Positions 1-9,275 of a DNA stretch of 64,000 nucleotides are shown here, piece after piece (position 1 is the first letter of the stretch; every line of letters begins with the position of its first letter). The notes below the pieces were generated by a model. That model saw nothing but the letters and a program-made list of their open reading frames with translations, was not told the origin of the DNA and did no database searches. Made by a program: the position numbers and the translations under genes. Origin of the DNA: a virus; the IMG/VR virus record IMGVR_UViG_3300032267_000592, positions 21,667-85,666 of that record. The stretch is one strand, 5' to 3'.

Positions 1-531
1 AAACCATATTTTATTAATGAATTTTTAAATCAATCTAATGAAAATGACATAATCGTTTATGCGGATTCTTCCATTAGAATTGATAAAGATATAACTCCAT
101 TATTTGAAATACTGGAAGAAACTCAAGGTATATTGACATTTATATCATCTTTGGGGGATGAAAATTTCAATCCCGAAAAAACACATACAAAAAAAGATAT
201 ATTCGTAAAAATGGGGTGTGATAATGATTATTATTATAATGGAAAATATAACTGTCAATTTAATGGAGCATTCATAATAATAAAAAACAATAATTTTAGT
301 AAAAATTTTGTTAAAGAATGGCTTGAACTTTCGTGTGATGAGCAATTGTTAACAGATTTACCAAGTAATAATAAAAATTATTTAGAATTTAAAGATAATC
401 GACACGATCAATCTATATTATCATTACTTTCAAAGAAAAACGATTTATACCCTTACCCAGACCCAACACAATGGGGAAATGATTATAGGGGTAATTCTAA
501 AGTTATACAGTTTTTATCACATCTACGATGA
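1..531 (+). CDS. putative glycosyltransferase (5'-partial)
   Basis: Frame is open from base 1 (KPYFINEFL...IVYADSS...FKDNRHDQSILSLL). The Y-x-D and RHDQS motifs resemble GT-A nucleotide-sugar transferases; it lies in the glycan cluster. Confidence 0.55.
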   Translation, partial: KPYFINEFLNQSNENDIIVYADSSIRIDKDITPLFEILEETQGILTFISSLGDENFNPEKTHTKKDIFVKMGCDNDYYYNGKYNCQFNGAFIIIKNNNFSKNFVKEWLELSCDEQLLTDLPSNNKNYLEFKDNRHDQSILSLLSKKNDLYPYPDPTQWGNDYRGNSKVIQFLSHLR

Positions 532-1364
532 ATATTGCATTTTTAGATTTTTGGGGATCTTTTGATCCAAATAATAATTTTTTTATTTATTTATTTAGAC
601 AAATTAAAGATAATGTTATTATAACAGATGCTTCTAATGCCGATGTGATCATATTTTCATGTTTTGGTGATTCAAATAAAAGATACAATCACTGTAAAAA
701 GGTTTTTTTTACTGGAGAAAATATAAGACCTGATTTTAATTATTGTAATTATTCTTTAACTTTTGATTTTGACGAATATGGTGGGAGAAATATAAGATTA
801 CCACTTTGGTTGTTATATATAGATTGGTTCAATGTCAAAGGTTATGGAGATCCAAAAACTTTAATACCCTTAAGTTTTATAAACAAATACATAAAGAAAG
901 AGAAAACAAAATTCTGCGCTTCGGTTTTCAGTAAGCCTATAAGTTTAAGATTTGACGCAATAAACAAAATACAATCTTACAAATCAGTTGATTGTTATGG
1001 CAAAATACATCAAAACCATTTACCCGATGGCGAAGATGTAAAACTTGATATTTTATCAAATTATAAATTTAGTATTTGTTTTGAAAATAGCGCATATCCG
1101 GGATATTTTACCGAAAAAATACTCCATGCTAAAATAGCTGGTAATATCCCATTATATTATTCGGATAAAAGTTTTTCACAAGATTTTAATGAAAATTGTT
1201 GTTTAAATTTAATAAATTATAAAAATTTAGATCATTTTTTAGATCATATTAAACAAATTGATAACGATGATCAAAAATATCTTAACATTTTAAACGAACC
1301 ATTGTTTAAAAATGAAATAAATTTAAATGATATAAAAGACAAAATACAAAATATACTATTTTGA
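528..1364 (+). CDS. alpha-1,3/4-fucosyltransferase-like (GT10)
   Basis: GT10 signature YKFSICFENSAYPGYFTEKI; also FFTGENIRPDFN and RLPLW as in Helicobacter-type FucT. Confidence 0.85.
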   Translation: MNIAFLDFWGSFDPNNNFFIYLFRQIKDNVIITDASNADVIIFSCFGDSNKRYNHCKKVFFTGENIRPDFNYCNYSLTFDFDEYGGRNIRLPLWLLYIDWFNVKGYGDPKTLIPLSFINKYIKKEKTKFCASVFSKPISLRFDAINKIQSYKSVDCYGKIHQNHLPDGEDVKLDILSNYKFSICFENSAYPGYFTEKILHAKIAGNIPLYYSDKSFSQDFNENCCLNLINYKNLDHFLDHIKQIDNDDQKYLNILNEPLFKNEINLNDIKDKIQNILF

Positions 1365-1904
1365 TATTTTTATTACAAAAGATTGACATCCATCCATAGC
1401 TAATCCAATAAGTTTTTGATTATACTGTTCACAGAATCTACTAACTGCGGAAGTAACCCCATGACAACTGCCATAATCATGTCCCATTAATAAACCACCA
1501 TTTTTAATACGGTCTAATGATAAAATTAAATCAGTATAGACCACTTCTTCGGTGTGATCTCCATCAATATATATAGCATCGAAGTAATCATTATACCAAT
1601 TTTTTAAAAAATTAGCAGAATCCATTCTTATAAGGTGTATGTTTGGTTTATCCATTGCTTGTTTATATAAAGAAATATAAACAGATTCCATACTTTCGAC
1701 TATTAAATGGTTATTGCCATCTTTATCACCGGAACCATACTCACCCCGCCATATATCAACAAAAAACAAATTGTTAAATTTTGTTTTTTTAATAATTTCC
1801 TTTGAAAAATCACCCTTAAACACCCCAATTTCTAATATATTTGAATTTTCTGGAATTAAATTTAATAATTCGCTTCTTGTTTTATAATATTGAATGTCGC
1901 TCAT
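1356..1904 (-). CDS. class I SAM-dependent methyltransferase (Methyltransf_24-like)
   Basis: LEIGVFKGDFS, FDAIYIDGDH and GGLLMGHDY motifs. Confidence 0.85.
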   Translation of the reverse strand: MSDIQYYKTRSELLNLIPENSNILEIGVFKGDFSKEIIKKTKFNNLFFVDIWRGEYGSGDKDGNNHLIVESMESVYISLYKQAMDKPNIHLIRMDSANFLKNWYNDYFDAIYIDGDHTEEVVYTDLILSLDRIKNGGLLMGHDYGSCHGVTSAVSRFCEQYNQKLIGLAMDGCQSFVIKISK

Positions 1905-1978
1905 ATTGTTTATTTAATATTTTTTTTAAAATGTCAATTGATATGTTGTTTTTATATGGTATATATTATTAATATAAA

Positions 1979-2689
1979 ATGATACCTAAAAAAATATATC
2001 AAACTTGGGAAACCAAAGATATACCCGATAAAATACAACAAAAAATAAATGAGATGATGGAAGTAAATCCGGAGTATTCTCATGAATTATATGATGATTC
2101 GGATAGATTTTTCTTCATTAAAGAAAACTATGGAAAACAAGTAAGTGATGCTTATGAAAGTTTAAATTTAGGTGTAGCTAAAGCTGATTTGTGGAGGTAT
2201 GCAATTTTATATAAAAATGGAGGTATATATTTGGATTTAGATTCTCAAATATATTCAAATTTAAATTCTCTTATAGATGAAAATGATAAAGCTATCATTT
2301 CGAGAGAAGGAAATCCTAATACTTTTGTACAATGGTGTTTGATGTTTGATAAAAATCATCCAATTTTAGAAAATACTCTTAAAAGATGTATATATAATAT
2401 TTTAAATAAAACTACCGAAAATATATTTAGATTAACTGGTCCAGCTTTATTTTCAGATTCAATTAGAGAGGTATTAGCCCCATTAAACTTAGATATTTAT
2501 AATACAAGTGATTTAATTATTAATGAAAAGATGAATAATGAAAATTTCTCTAAATTTAAAACTAAATTTTATTCGGTAGATTATAAAAATTATTGTAACT
2601 TTAAACATGAATATAATGAAGAATTGTACAAATTTAAACCACATTGGAAAATAGAACAACAGAATACAAGTGTTTTTAAAATAATATGA
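1979..2689 (+). CDS. glycosyltransferase, GT32/OCH1-like (DXD)
   Basis: IPKKIYQTW, KADLWRYAILYKNGGIYLDLD and TGPALF motifs. Confidence 0.85.
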   Translation: MIPKKIYQTWETKDIPDKIQQKINEMMEVNPEYSHELYDDSDRFFFIKENYGKQVSDAYESLNLGVAKADLWRYAILYKNGGIYLDLDSQIYSNLNSLIDENDKAIISREGNPNTFVQWCLMFDKNHPILENTLKRCIYNILNKTTENIFRLTGPALFSDSIREVLAPLNLDIYNTSDLIINEKMNNENFSKFKTKFYSVDYKNYCNFKHEYNEELYKFKPHWKIEQQNTSVFKII

Positions 2690-3639
2690 AAATAGCATAT
2701 CATGACAACATCTTATCATTAAGAGGAACTACAGTTGCATTATATGATTATGCATATTATTGTAAAAAATTTCTAAACATAGAAGGTGTTATTTTATATA
2801 ATAAAACATACAATGAAAATAATATCGACGTATATAATAAATTTAAAAATAATGGATTTAATTTATTTTCATATGAAAATAAATCTGAAATAGATAAAAT
2901 TTTAGAATCTGAAAAATGTGATTCTTTATTTGCTATAAAAGCTGGATCATATGATGGTGTAATATCTAAAAATTATAAAAATTTAATTATGGGAGTCGGG
3001 ATATGCAATCATCATCATATACACGGAGATAAATTTGCAGTATGCTCAGAGTGGCTTTCTAAAATGTCTAACAATCAAATACCATGCGTTCCCCATATGA
3101 TATCTTTACCAGAAAATAACGAAGATCTTAGAAGTGAATTAAACATACCAAAAGATGATTTTGTTTATGGTAGAAATGGTGGTAGAGATACTTTTGATAT
3201 ATCTTTTGTAAAAGAAGAAATAATAGATCTTATTAATAAAAATAAAAATGTATGGTTTTTATTTCAAAATACAGATGTATTTTATAATCACGAAAGAATA
3301 ATATATCTAAACCCATCAGCTGATTTAGAATATAAAGTTAAATTTATTAACACTTGTGATGCTATGTTACATGCTAGATATACCGGAGAGTCTTTTGGTA
3401 TTTCATGTGGAGAATTTTCAAGTAAAAATAAACCAGTTATAACTTTTATGCATTCTCCGGAACAAAGTCACGTAGAAATATTAAAAGATAAAGGAATTTA
3501 CTATTCAAATAAAGAAAATATAAGAGATATATTTAATAATTTAGATAAAAATTTTATTAATTCAAAAAATTGGAATGCTTATGAGGATTATACCCCAGAT
3601 AAAGTAATATCTCGCTTTGAAAACTTTTACTTAAAATGA
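2686..3639 (+). CDS. putative GT-B glycosyltransferase
   Basis: N-terminal LRGTTVALYDYA; C-terminal CDAMLHARYTGESFGISCGE matches the GT4-like E-x-F-G-x4-E motif. Confidence 0.7.
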   Translation: MKIAYHDNILSLRGTTVALYDYAYYCKKFLNIEGVILYNKTYNENNIDVYNKFKNNGFNLFSYENKSEIDKILESEKCDSLFAIKAGSYDGVISKNYKNLIMGVGICNHHHIHGDKFAVCSEWLSKMSNNQIPCVPHMISLPENNEDLRSELNIPKDDFVYGRNGGRDTFDISFVKEEIIDLINKNKNVWFLFQNTDVFYNHERIIYLNPSADLEYKVKFINTCDAMLHARYTGESFGISCGEFSSKNKPVITFMHSPEQSHVEILKDKGIYYSNKENIRDIFNNLDKNFINSKNWNAYEDYTPDKVISRFENFYLK

Positions 3640-4313
3640 AAATAGCAGTTTGTTTATCTGGACAACCAAGACATTTAGATTTAGGTATAAAAAATATATT
3701 AGATGTATTTTCACAATATAATGTAGATTATTTTGTTCATACGTGGTGGGATGACAATTTTAAAAACCAAAAAAGTAATATTAATGGCGGTAGAAGTTTT
3801 GTTTGGAAGGAAAATTCTTTAGAAAAAATAATGAATAAACTATCTCCTAAATTATTATATCATGAAGTTCCAAAAATATTTGAAACGTATGGTGGCGTTA
3901 ATTACGAAACATTAACACCAAATTCGGTGCATAGTATGTTTTATTCTATAAAAATAGCAAACGAATTAAAAAAAACACATGAAAAATTTAACAATTTTGT
4001 TTATGATATTGTTATTAGATGTAGATTTGATATTGAATTTCATTCTTTTAATTTAAATTTAAAAGAATTAGATTATAGTAAAATATATACATATCACACC
4101 GGAATAGAACAATTACCAAACGATCAATTTGCAATATCTAATTCTAGTAATATGGATTATTATTCTCAGTTATATGATAATTTAAAATGTTATTATGACG
4201 AAGGATTTACTGGATTTATAGGGGAAAGATTATTAAATTATCATTTAAGAAAAAAAAATTTAACTAAGTTTACAAACGATAACGAGCTAATAAATAATAT
4301 TATAAAAATATGA
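3636..4313 (+). CDS. putative glycan-modifying protein, paralog 1 (KIAVCLSGQPR family)
   Basis: MKIAVCLSGQPR, YFVHTW, SMFYS, YDIVIRCRFD and NDQFA motifs, shared with two paralogs in the cluster. Confidence 0.55.
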   Translation: MKIAVCLSGQPRHLDLGIKNILDVFSQYNVDYFVHTWWDDNFKNQKSNINGGRSFVWKENSLEKIMNKLSPKLLYHEVPKIFETYGGVNYETLTPNSVHSMFYSIKIANELKKTHEKFNNFVYDIVIRCRFDIEFHSFNLNLKELDYSKIYTYHTGIEQLPNDQFAISNSSNMDYYSQLYDNLKCYYDEGFTGFIGERLLNYHLRKKNLTKFTNDNELINNIIKI

Positions 4314-4870
4314 ATATGATAGATTATAAAACATTAATACCAAAAGAAGAAATTGTAATAGTTCAAATAGGATCACATGATGGAATTGTAGGAGAAGAAT
4401 ATGGACTACAAGAAATATTAGATAATCATTCAAATTTTAAATTATTTTTAATTGAACCTATTCCTCAATTTTTTAATAATCTTACTAATGTATATGGTAA
4501 ATATGGTGAAAAAATTACATATTGCAATTTTGCAATAACAGATATTAACGGTAAAACCAGAATGGTCGAACAGGGGGGAATGTCAAGAATAGATCATAAT
4601 TATGGAAGTTTAGAAGTTAATTCTTTAGATTGGGATACTTTTTTAAATTTATATAACATAAAAAATATCGATTTACTATTAATCGACTGTGAAGGATATG
4701 AATTTAATATATTACAACAGATTAATTATGATAAATGCAGACCAAAAGTAATACGTTATGAGTATATGCATATTGGTGATAAAGAAGGATGTGATAATTT
4801 TATCACGTCCAAAAACTATAATATAGATTATTGTATACACGATCATACGTATAATAAAATAGCATATTAG
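4310..4870 (+). CDS. FkbM-family methyltransferase
   Basis: VQIGSHDG, LIEP and IDLLLIDCEGYEFNIL motifs. Confidence 0.85.
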   Translation: MNMIDYKTLIPKEEIVIVQIGSHDGIVGEEYGLQEILDNHSNFKLFLIEPIPQFFNNLTNVYGKYGEKITYCNFAITDINGKTRMVEQGGMSRIDHNYGSLEVNSLDWDTFLNLYNIKNIDLLLIDCEGYEFNILQQINYDKCRPKVIRYEYMHIGDKEGCDNFITSKNYNIDYCIHDHTYNKIAY

Positions 4871-4873
4871 TTC

Positions 4874-5596
4874 ATGAAAGTTGCTCTTTGTTTTTATGGT
4901 CAACCTAGATTTATAAATAACTTAAATTCTTATAAATCATATAAAGAATATATATACGGGCAAAGCGACGTAGACGTATTTTCACATTATTGGTTCGATC
5001 AAAATGATAATAAGTTTTCAACTTCCGATTGGAGCAGCATTCACGAAAATTATGTATATGAAGATACTGAAAATTTAATTAAATCTTTATATAACCCAGT
5101 AAAGTATATCGCAGACTCAAGAAATTTTTTAAAATACGAAGATGTAAAAGATATAGTTAAAAATTTAAATTATTTTAGTGTAAATAATTTTTATAATTTA
5201 CAATCTCATTTATATTCTTACGAACAAAATTTTAAATTATTATCACAACACATAGAAAATACTAAACAAAAATATGATTTTGTAATAATAAGTAGATATG
5301 ATTTAAAAATAACAGACTTTCCAAATCTTAATACATTATCTAAAAATAAAGTATATGTAAATGGGTTTGGTGGAAATAATTTCACCGACGCTATTCTTAT
5401 TTTAGATCCCATTTTTATAAACAGTTTTAATGCATATTCTAAATTTAGAGAGATATCTAATATAACTCCAATTTTTACGTCTGAAGAATACAAAAAACAA
5501 TGTTTTTTATTAACTAATTCTATTGAGGATTTTTCTTTTATAAAATTAAGAGGAGGATTACTACGAAATCAAACTGATACCGTTGGACAATTTTAA
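4874..5596 (+). CDS. putative glycan-modifying protein, paralog 2
   Basis: MKVALCFYGQPR, VFSHYW, SHLYS and YDFVIISRYD motifs. Confidence 0.55.
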   Translation: MKVALCFYGQPRFINNLNSYKSYKEYIYGQSDVDVFSHYWFDQNDNKFSTSDWSSIHENYVYEDTENLIKSLYNPVKYIADSRNFLKYEDVKDIVKNLNYFSVNNFYNLQSHLYSYEQNFKLLSQHIENTKQKYDFVIISRYDLKITDFPNLNTLSKNKVYVNGFGGNNFTDAILILDPIFINSFNAYSKFREISNITPIFTSEEYKKQCFLLTNSIEDFSFIKLRGGLLRNQTDTVGQF

Positions 5597-5599
5597 AAT

Positions 5600-6670
5600 A
5601 TGAGTTTATTCAGTTTAAATAAAATACCAGTATTGTTATCAAGCACATTTGATTGTAAAGATAACGATATATACTACGATTTTGATTTAGATATAGATGA
5701 AAATACGGGTGTTATCTTCCAAAAAAATATACCACCACAAAATATTTTGTATAAAAATGCTAGAAATTCAGGAATGGGTAAAGTTTGGGATGAACATTAT
5801 AATTGTTTTTATAATTTTATTATAAAAAATATAAATTTAAAAAATAAAAACATATGCGAAATAGGTTCGGGGAATGGAGTTTTAGCAAAAAAAATATCTA
5901 ATCATTATAAAATAACTTGTTATGAACCATCTCCATGTTTTGAATTTAATAATAATTTAATTTTAAAAAAACAATTTTTTAATAAAAATATTACAGAAAA
6001 GTATGATATTATAATTTCTTCTCATACATTAGAACATATGGAAAATGTAAATCAATTTTTAATAGATATACATAACAATTTAAATGAAAATGGTTTTATT
6101 ATTATGTCATTTCCTAATTTTGAAATTGGGTTAATTAAAAATTTTATAAACATTTTTAATACGGAACATATTTCTTATTTTACACCAGATTCAGCTAAGA
6201 GAATTTTTAATAAAAATTATTATCAAAATTGCATTCTTGAAGAATATAAAGATCATAGTTTATTCATAATAGGCCAAAAAAATAATAAAAATAATTTTGA
6301 AATTAATGAAATTGATATTAAAAAAATTAAAAATTTAATTCAAAATTATGAATTTAATATTTTTAATAAAGTTAATAAAGCAATTCAAATTATTAATCAA
6401 AGAGATAAAAATTTGCCATTATATATTTTTGGATGTCACGCCATGACATCTATATTTCTACATATATCAAAAATTAATCATTCGACATTTAATTGTATAT
6501 TGGATAATGATCCATTAAAAACTAATTCTAGATTATACGGAACCGATTTAAAATGCAAATTACCTAAAGATGTACCTATTGGATATGTTTTATTGAATGG
6601 TGCAGCATATCACGATGAAATTAAAAATAAACTAATTAACGATGGATTTAAAATTTTAGAATGGATTTAA
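5600..6670 (+). CDS. class I SAM-dependent methyltransferase (NDP-sugar C-methyltransferase-like architecture)
   Basis: CEIGSGNG, HTLEH and EHISYF motifs; C-terminal Rossmann-like part (YIFGC...ILDNDPLK...LYGT). Confidence 0.75.
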   Translation: MSLFSLNKIPVLLSSTFDCKDNDIYYDFDLDIDENTGVIFQKNIPPQNILYKNARNSGMGKVWDEHYNCFYNFIIKNINLKNKNICEIGSGNGVLAKKISNHYKITCYEPSPCFEFNNNLILKKQFFNKNITEKYDIIISSHTLEHMENVNQFLIDIHNNLNENGFIIMSFPNFEIGLIKNFINIFNTEHISYFTPDSAKRIFNKNYYQNCILEEYKDHSLFIIGQKNNKNNFEINEIDIKKIKNLIQNYEFNIFNKVNKAIQIINQRDKNLPLYIFGCHAMTSIFLHISKINHSTFNCILDNDPLKTNSRLYGTDLKCKLPKDVPIGYVLLNGAAYHDEIKNKLINDGFKILEWI

Positions 6671-6674
6671 AACA

Positions 6675-8039
6675 ATGGTAAAATTAATAGCATTTGATTT
6701 AGATGGAGTATTAGTTGAAGCTAAACATATACATTTTGAAGCTTTAAATATAGCTTTATCTGAAGTTGGAAACGAGTACGTTATAACAGAACAAGAACAT
6801 TTAGGATTGTTTGATGGACTTAAAACTAATCAAAAATTAAATATATTATCAAGTAATAAAAAACTACCAAGAGAAAAACATACTCAAATATGGAATAGAA
6901 AACAACAAATAACTTTAGAAAAAATTTTAAATTTAAAAATAAATGAAGAATTAGTTTATTTGTTTAAAAAATTAAAAGAAAAAAATTTTTTAATAGCTTG
7001 CTGTTCAAATTCAATTAGAAAATCTGTTTTTGTAATGCTTTCAAAAATAGGAATAATTGAGTATTTTGATTTGATATTATCAAATGAAGATGTTAAAAAT
7101 TCCAAACCACATCCAGAAATATATTGGAGAGCAATGTCGGAATTATCAGTTTTACCGGAAGAGACATTAATAGTTGAAGATTCACCTCACGGTCTTTTAT
7201 CTGCTTATAGATCAAAAGCTAATATATTAAGAATTAAAAATCCAAAAGATCTAACATTTGACAAAATAATTAAAATGACTTATAATAATGAAAATTTAAA
7301 TATGAATATAAAATGGCAAGATGATAAATTAAATGTATTAATACCTATGGCTGGAGCTGGTAGTAGGTTTGAAAAAGCAGGATATACATTCCCCAAACCT
7401 TTAATTGAAGTTAGAGGTAAACCTATGATTCAAGTTGTAACGGATTGTTTGAGTATCGATGCTAATTATATATACATAGTACAAAAATCTCATAGAGAAA
7501 AATATAATTTAGATGCATTACTTAATTTAATAACTCCAAATTGTAAAATTGTAGAAGTTAATGAATTAACGGAGGGAGCAGCATGTACTACACTTTTAGC
7601 GAAAGAATTTATAAATAATGATCAACCTCTTATCATTGCTAATTCCGATCAATATTTAGATTGGAATTCTAGCGAATTTATGTATAAAATGCAAGAACAA
7701 GATGTTGACGCGGGAATTCTTACATTTGAATCTACGCATCCTAAATGGTCTTACGCAAAAGTGAATGAAAATGGATACGTAACAGAAGTAGCAGAAAAAA
7801 ATCCAATTTCTAATATAGCTACAGTAGGTGTTTATTATTGGAAATGTGGAGAAGATTATGTTAAGTATGCAGAAAAAATGATAAATGAAAATATAAGAGT
7901 TAATAATGAATTTTATGTCTGTCCGGTATTCAATCAAGCAATACAAGATAATAAAAAAATTAAAACATTTAATATAGAAAAAATGTGGGGGATTGGTACA
8001 CCAGAAGATCTTGATTATTTTTTAAAAAATCATAAATGA
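6675..8039 (+). CDS. HAD-family phosphatase fused to a nucleotidyltransferase
   Basis: N-terminal FDLDGVL...SKPHPEIY...VEDSPHG (HAD). C-terminal IPMAGAGSRF...PKPLI...IANSDQ...GIGTPEDL (NTP transferase). Confidence 0.9.
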   Translation: MVKLIAFDLDGVLVEAKHIHFEALNIALSEVGNEYVITEQEHLGLFDGLKTNQKLNILSSNKKLPREKHTQIWNRKQQITLEKILNLKINEELVYLFKKLKEKNFLIACCSNSIRKSVFVMLSKIGIIEYFDLILSNEDVKNSKPHPEIYWRAMSELSVLPEETLIVEDSPHGLLSAYRSKANILRIKNPKDLTFDKIIKMTYNNENLNMNIKWQDDKLNVLIPMAGAGSRFEKAGYTFPKPLIEVRGKPMIQVVTDCLSIDANYIYIVQKSHREKYNLDALLNLITPNCKIVEVNELTEGAACTTLLAKEFINNDQPLIIANSDQYLDWNSSEFMYKMQEQDVDAGILTFESTHPKWSYAKVNENGYVTEVAEKNPISNIATVGVYYWKCGEDYVKYAEKMINENIRVNNEFYVCPVFNQAIQDNKKIKTFNIEKMWGIGTPEDLDYFLKNHK

Positions 8040-8452
8040 TTATTATTTCTCATAGAGGAAACACTAAAGGATCAGATATTTCTATCGAAAACAATCCCAA
8101 TCACATTAAAAATTTAATATATTCTAATATTTATACTGAAGTTGATGTTTGGTTTATTGATGAAAAATTTTATTTGGGACATGACGCCCCACAATACGAG
8201 ATCGATTTAAATTTTTTAAAAAATAATTTACTTTGGTGTCATGCAAAAAATTTAAACGCACTTAAACAACTACTAGAACAAAGAATTGTTTGTTTTTGGC
8301 ATCAGAACGATGATTTTACTTTAACTTCTAATAATTACATTTGGACTTATCCAGATAAACCCATCAACTACTCATCAATTATAGTAGACACTACTCCAAG
8401 CTGGCGTAATAAAAATTACAATTGTTATGGTGTGTGTGTTGATTATTTGTAA
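8036..8452 (+). CDS. short glycerophosphodiester phosphodiesterase (GDPD)-like protein
   Basis: ISHRGN, EN, EVDVW, LGHD and HAK motifs; start overlaps the HAD-NTP transferase stop (ATGA). Confidence 0.7.
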   Translation: MIIISHRGNTKGSDISIENNPNHIKNLIYSNIYTEVDVWFIDEKFYLGHDAPQYEIDLNFLKNNLLWCHAKNLNALKQLLEQRIVCFWHQNDDFTLTSNNYIWTYPDKPINYSSIIVDTTPSWRNKNYNCYGVCVDYL

Positions 8453-8474
8453 AATTATATCATAATCGTAAAAC

Positions 8475-9224
8475 ATGAAAGTAGCTGTGTGTTTATTTGG
8501 TTATCCGAGGCATTATGAATTGGGTTTTAAATGTCATAAAAATTTTTTAGAATCAATTGATTATGATTTTTTTATACATTCATGGTGTGAAGAAAGTTCA
8601 ACGCAAAATCACATTGAAAAATTGTACAATAATATAAACGATTTATATCGTCCTAAAAAACTAGAAATAGAAAAACAAAAAAATTTTTCAAATTTTTTTG
8701 AAAATGATTCAAATTTTAATAAAAAAAATAATATAGATACAGAGTCCATTCATCGATATATTTCTCCAATATACTCGATGTATAAAGTTGGAAATTTACT
8801 CGAAGAATATTTATGTGAATATGATGTTGTAATTGTCACAAGAACTGATGTTTTTTGTAATGAAAAATTAAAAAATTTTAATATATACGATTTAAACTGT
8901 ATATATTCATCATATTGTGAAGGGCACAGGTGGGATATGAGTTTAAATGATGGAATCATTGATGTTAAAATGTTGCTTTCAAATCCAAAAAATATATTGT
9001 TTTTAACTAAATTATATGAAAATTTAAAAGAATATAATATTAATAATGAAGTACGATTGTGCCACCATGAGGTATTTGCACATCATCTTAAAAAATTAAA
9101 TTGTAGTTTTGATATGATTTTTAATGGTGTATCGAATGTGTGGTGGATATTAAGGAACAACAATGTATTATATGGAAATTTAGGAAACTCAAATATGTGC
9201 CATTATCCACACATTTTTCAATAA
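8475..9224 (+). CDS. putative glycan-modifying protein, paralog 3
   Basis: MKVAVCLFGYPR, FFIHSW, SPIYS and YDVVIVTRTD motifs. Confidence 0.55.
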   Translation: MKVAVCLFGYPRHYELGFKCHKNFLESIDYDFFIHSWCEESSTQNHIEKLYNNINDLYRPKKLEIEKQKNFSNFFENDSNFNKKNNIDTESIHRYISPIYSMYKVGNLLEEYLCEYDVVIVTRTDVFCNEKLKNFNIYDLNCIYSSYCEGHRWDMSLNDGIIDVKMLLSNPKNILFLTKLYENLKEYNINNEVRLCHHEVFAHHLKKLNCSFDMIFNGVSNVWWILRNNNVLYGNLGNSNMCHYPHIFQ

Positions 9225-9240
9225 TTTTGCAGCATTTAAC

Positions 9241-9268
9241 TTGTTTTATCACTAATATACTATATCAT
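9241..9268 (+). promoter_or_regulatory. sigma70-type promoter of gp46
   Basis: TTGTTT-N16-TATCAT, ending 7 nt before ATG 9276; no Shine-Dalgarno. Confidence 0.45.
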
Positions 9269-9275
9269 TTCTAAT

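Noticed and set aside
1-9224. Eukaryotic giant virus origin or bacterial capsule locus
   Set aside because: The cluster is contiguous with T4-type gp46/43/41/32/17/18/19 genes and shares their start-region style; no export or polymerase genes are present. Misassembly cannot be fully excluded without reads.
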